A stretch of DNA of 64,000 nt from Crocinitomicaceae bacterium. Lineage in GTDB: Bacteria > Bacteroidota > Bacteroidia > Flavobacteriales_D > Sanyastnellaceae. The stretch is taken from NCBI GenBank assembly GCA_002700285.1, contig PACT01000022.1, forward strand, positions 120,429 to 184,428, given 5' to 3'. A model generated the notes under the pieces. It searched no databases. It was given only the letters and a program-made list of their open reading frames with translations, and had not been told where the DNA came from. Shown piece after piece: positions 63,868 to 64,000 of the stretch (positions are counted from its first letter, which is position 1; each line of letters begins with the position of its first letter). The position numbers were made by a program, and so were the translations under genes.

Positions 63868-64000
63868 GGTTTCGAGATTGATTCTTCCACAGGGCTTTCA
63901 AAACCTTCGAGACTTGCTCCCTCTTCTCCTTTAAGTTCCCGATATCGCTTGCGGGCTTCTATCACATGAAGTGATCCAGAGAACTCGAAAATCAATTTTT
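63864..64000 (-). CDS. C-terminal end of an unidentified gene that runs off the window end
   Basis: My own minus-strand translation is open to the window edge: ...KLIFEFSGSLHVIEARKRYRELKGEEGASLEGFESPVEESISKP*. Its TGA overlaps the DUF4286 ATG (ATGA). The family is not recognised. Confidence 0.4.
   Translation of the reverse strand, partial: KLIFEFSGSLHVIEARKRYRELKGEEGASLEGFESPVEESISKP

Noticed and set aside
1-64000. A search by eye for CRISPR arrays, rRNA, tRNA, tmRNA, IS elements, integrases, and toxin-antitoxin or known defence genes.
   Set aside because: Every non-coding gap is 314 nt or shorter and shows no regularly spaced repeats or tRNA-like GTTCGAATC-type arms. No translated ORF shows transposase, recombinase, reverse-transcriptase or restriction-modification motifs. 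This is a negative result by inspection only. tRNAscan-SE, Infernal and DefenseFinder/PADLOC would be decisive.

Overview
This 64-kb chromosomal window reads as a Bacteroidota genome, Flavobacteriia-like and probably marine. The supporting signs are a T9SS type-A C-terminal sorting domain, two TonB-dependent receptors with carboxypeptidase-regulatory N-domains, the uppP-DUF3098-ftsX arrangement, a fused heterodimer-type lycopene cyclase and TAnnTTTG-type promoter boxes. Hand counts on sampled 60-nt lines give a background of roughly 35-45% G+C. I call about 64 densely packed protein-coding genes. I saw no rRNA, tRNA, CRISPR array, transposase, integrase or phage gene.

Layout:
- 0-12.4 kb: uppP (partial), DUF3098, ftsX, a complete suf Fe-S operon (IscA-like, sufBCDSE), a flippase, an M23 peptidase, kynA/RidA and pepP.
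- 12.5-20.3 kb: a secreted-protein locus. It holds a T9SS cargo with Cys-rich repeats, a DUF1800/DUF1501 pair, a discoidin protein and a convergent HExxH protease. The last two share a dockerin-like tail.
- 20.4-28.7 kb: nfu, two amidohydrolase genes, and trpS-bacilliredoxin-aspS.
- 28.8-34.8 kb: one tightly coupled minus-strand operon, crtB-orf-crtZ-crtY-orf-TIGR01777-TonB receptor, with no crtI.
- 34.9-41.6 kb: a BNR propeller protein, CapA, csp, photolyase, a DEAD-box helicase, two tiny membrane ORFs and CIA30.
- 41.7-45.9 kb: trmL, then five co-oriented genes of poorly or un-characterised families (DUF1853, DUF2071, a Tyr-less SDR, DUF3050, DUF2132).
- 46.1-49.6 kb: a His/Cys-rich small protein, a TonB receptor and a DUF4625 lipoprotein, closed by a strong terminator.
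- 49.7-53.7 kb: phzF plus a very AT-rich run of four orphan lipoprotein, secreted and membrane genes.
- 54-64 kb: a conspicuously GC-rich acyl-CoA carboxyltransferase, a redoxin, queA, truB, mfd, fbp, rsmA and DUF4286.

No known defence or mobile system is recognisable. The best candidates for something undescribed are the DUF1800/DUF1501 surface locus with shared dockerin-like tails, the DUF1853-DUF2071-SDR-DUF3050-DUF2132 cluster, the His-rich/TBDR/DUF4625 trio and the AT-rich orphan island. All family names come from my recognition of motifs in the translations, not from a database search.
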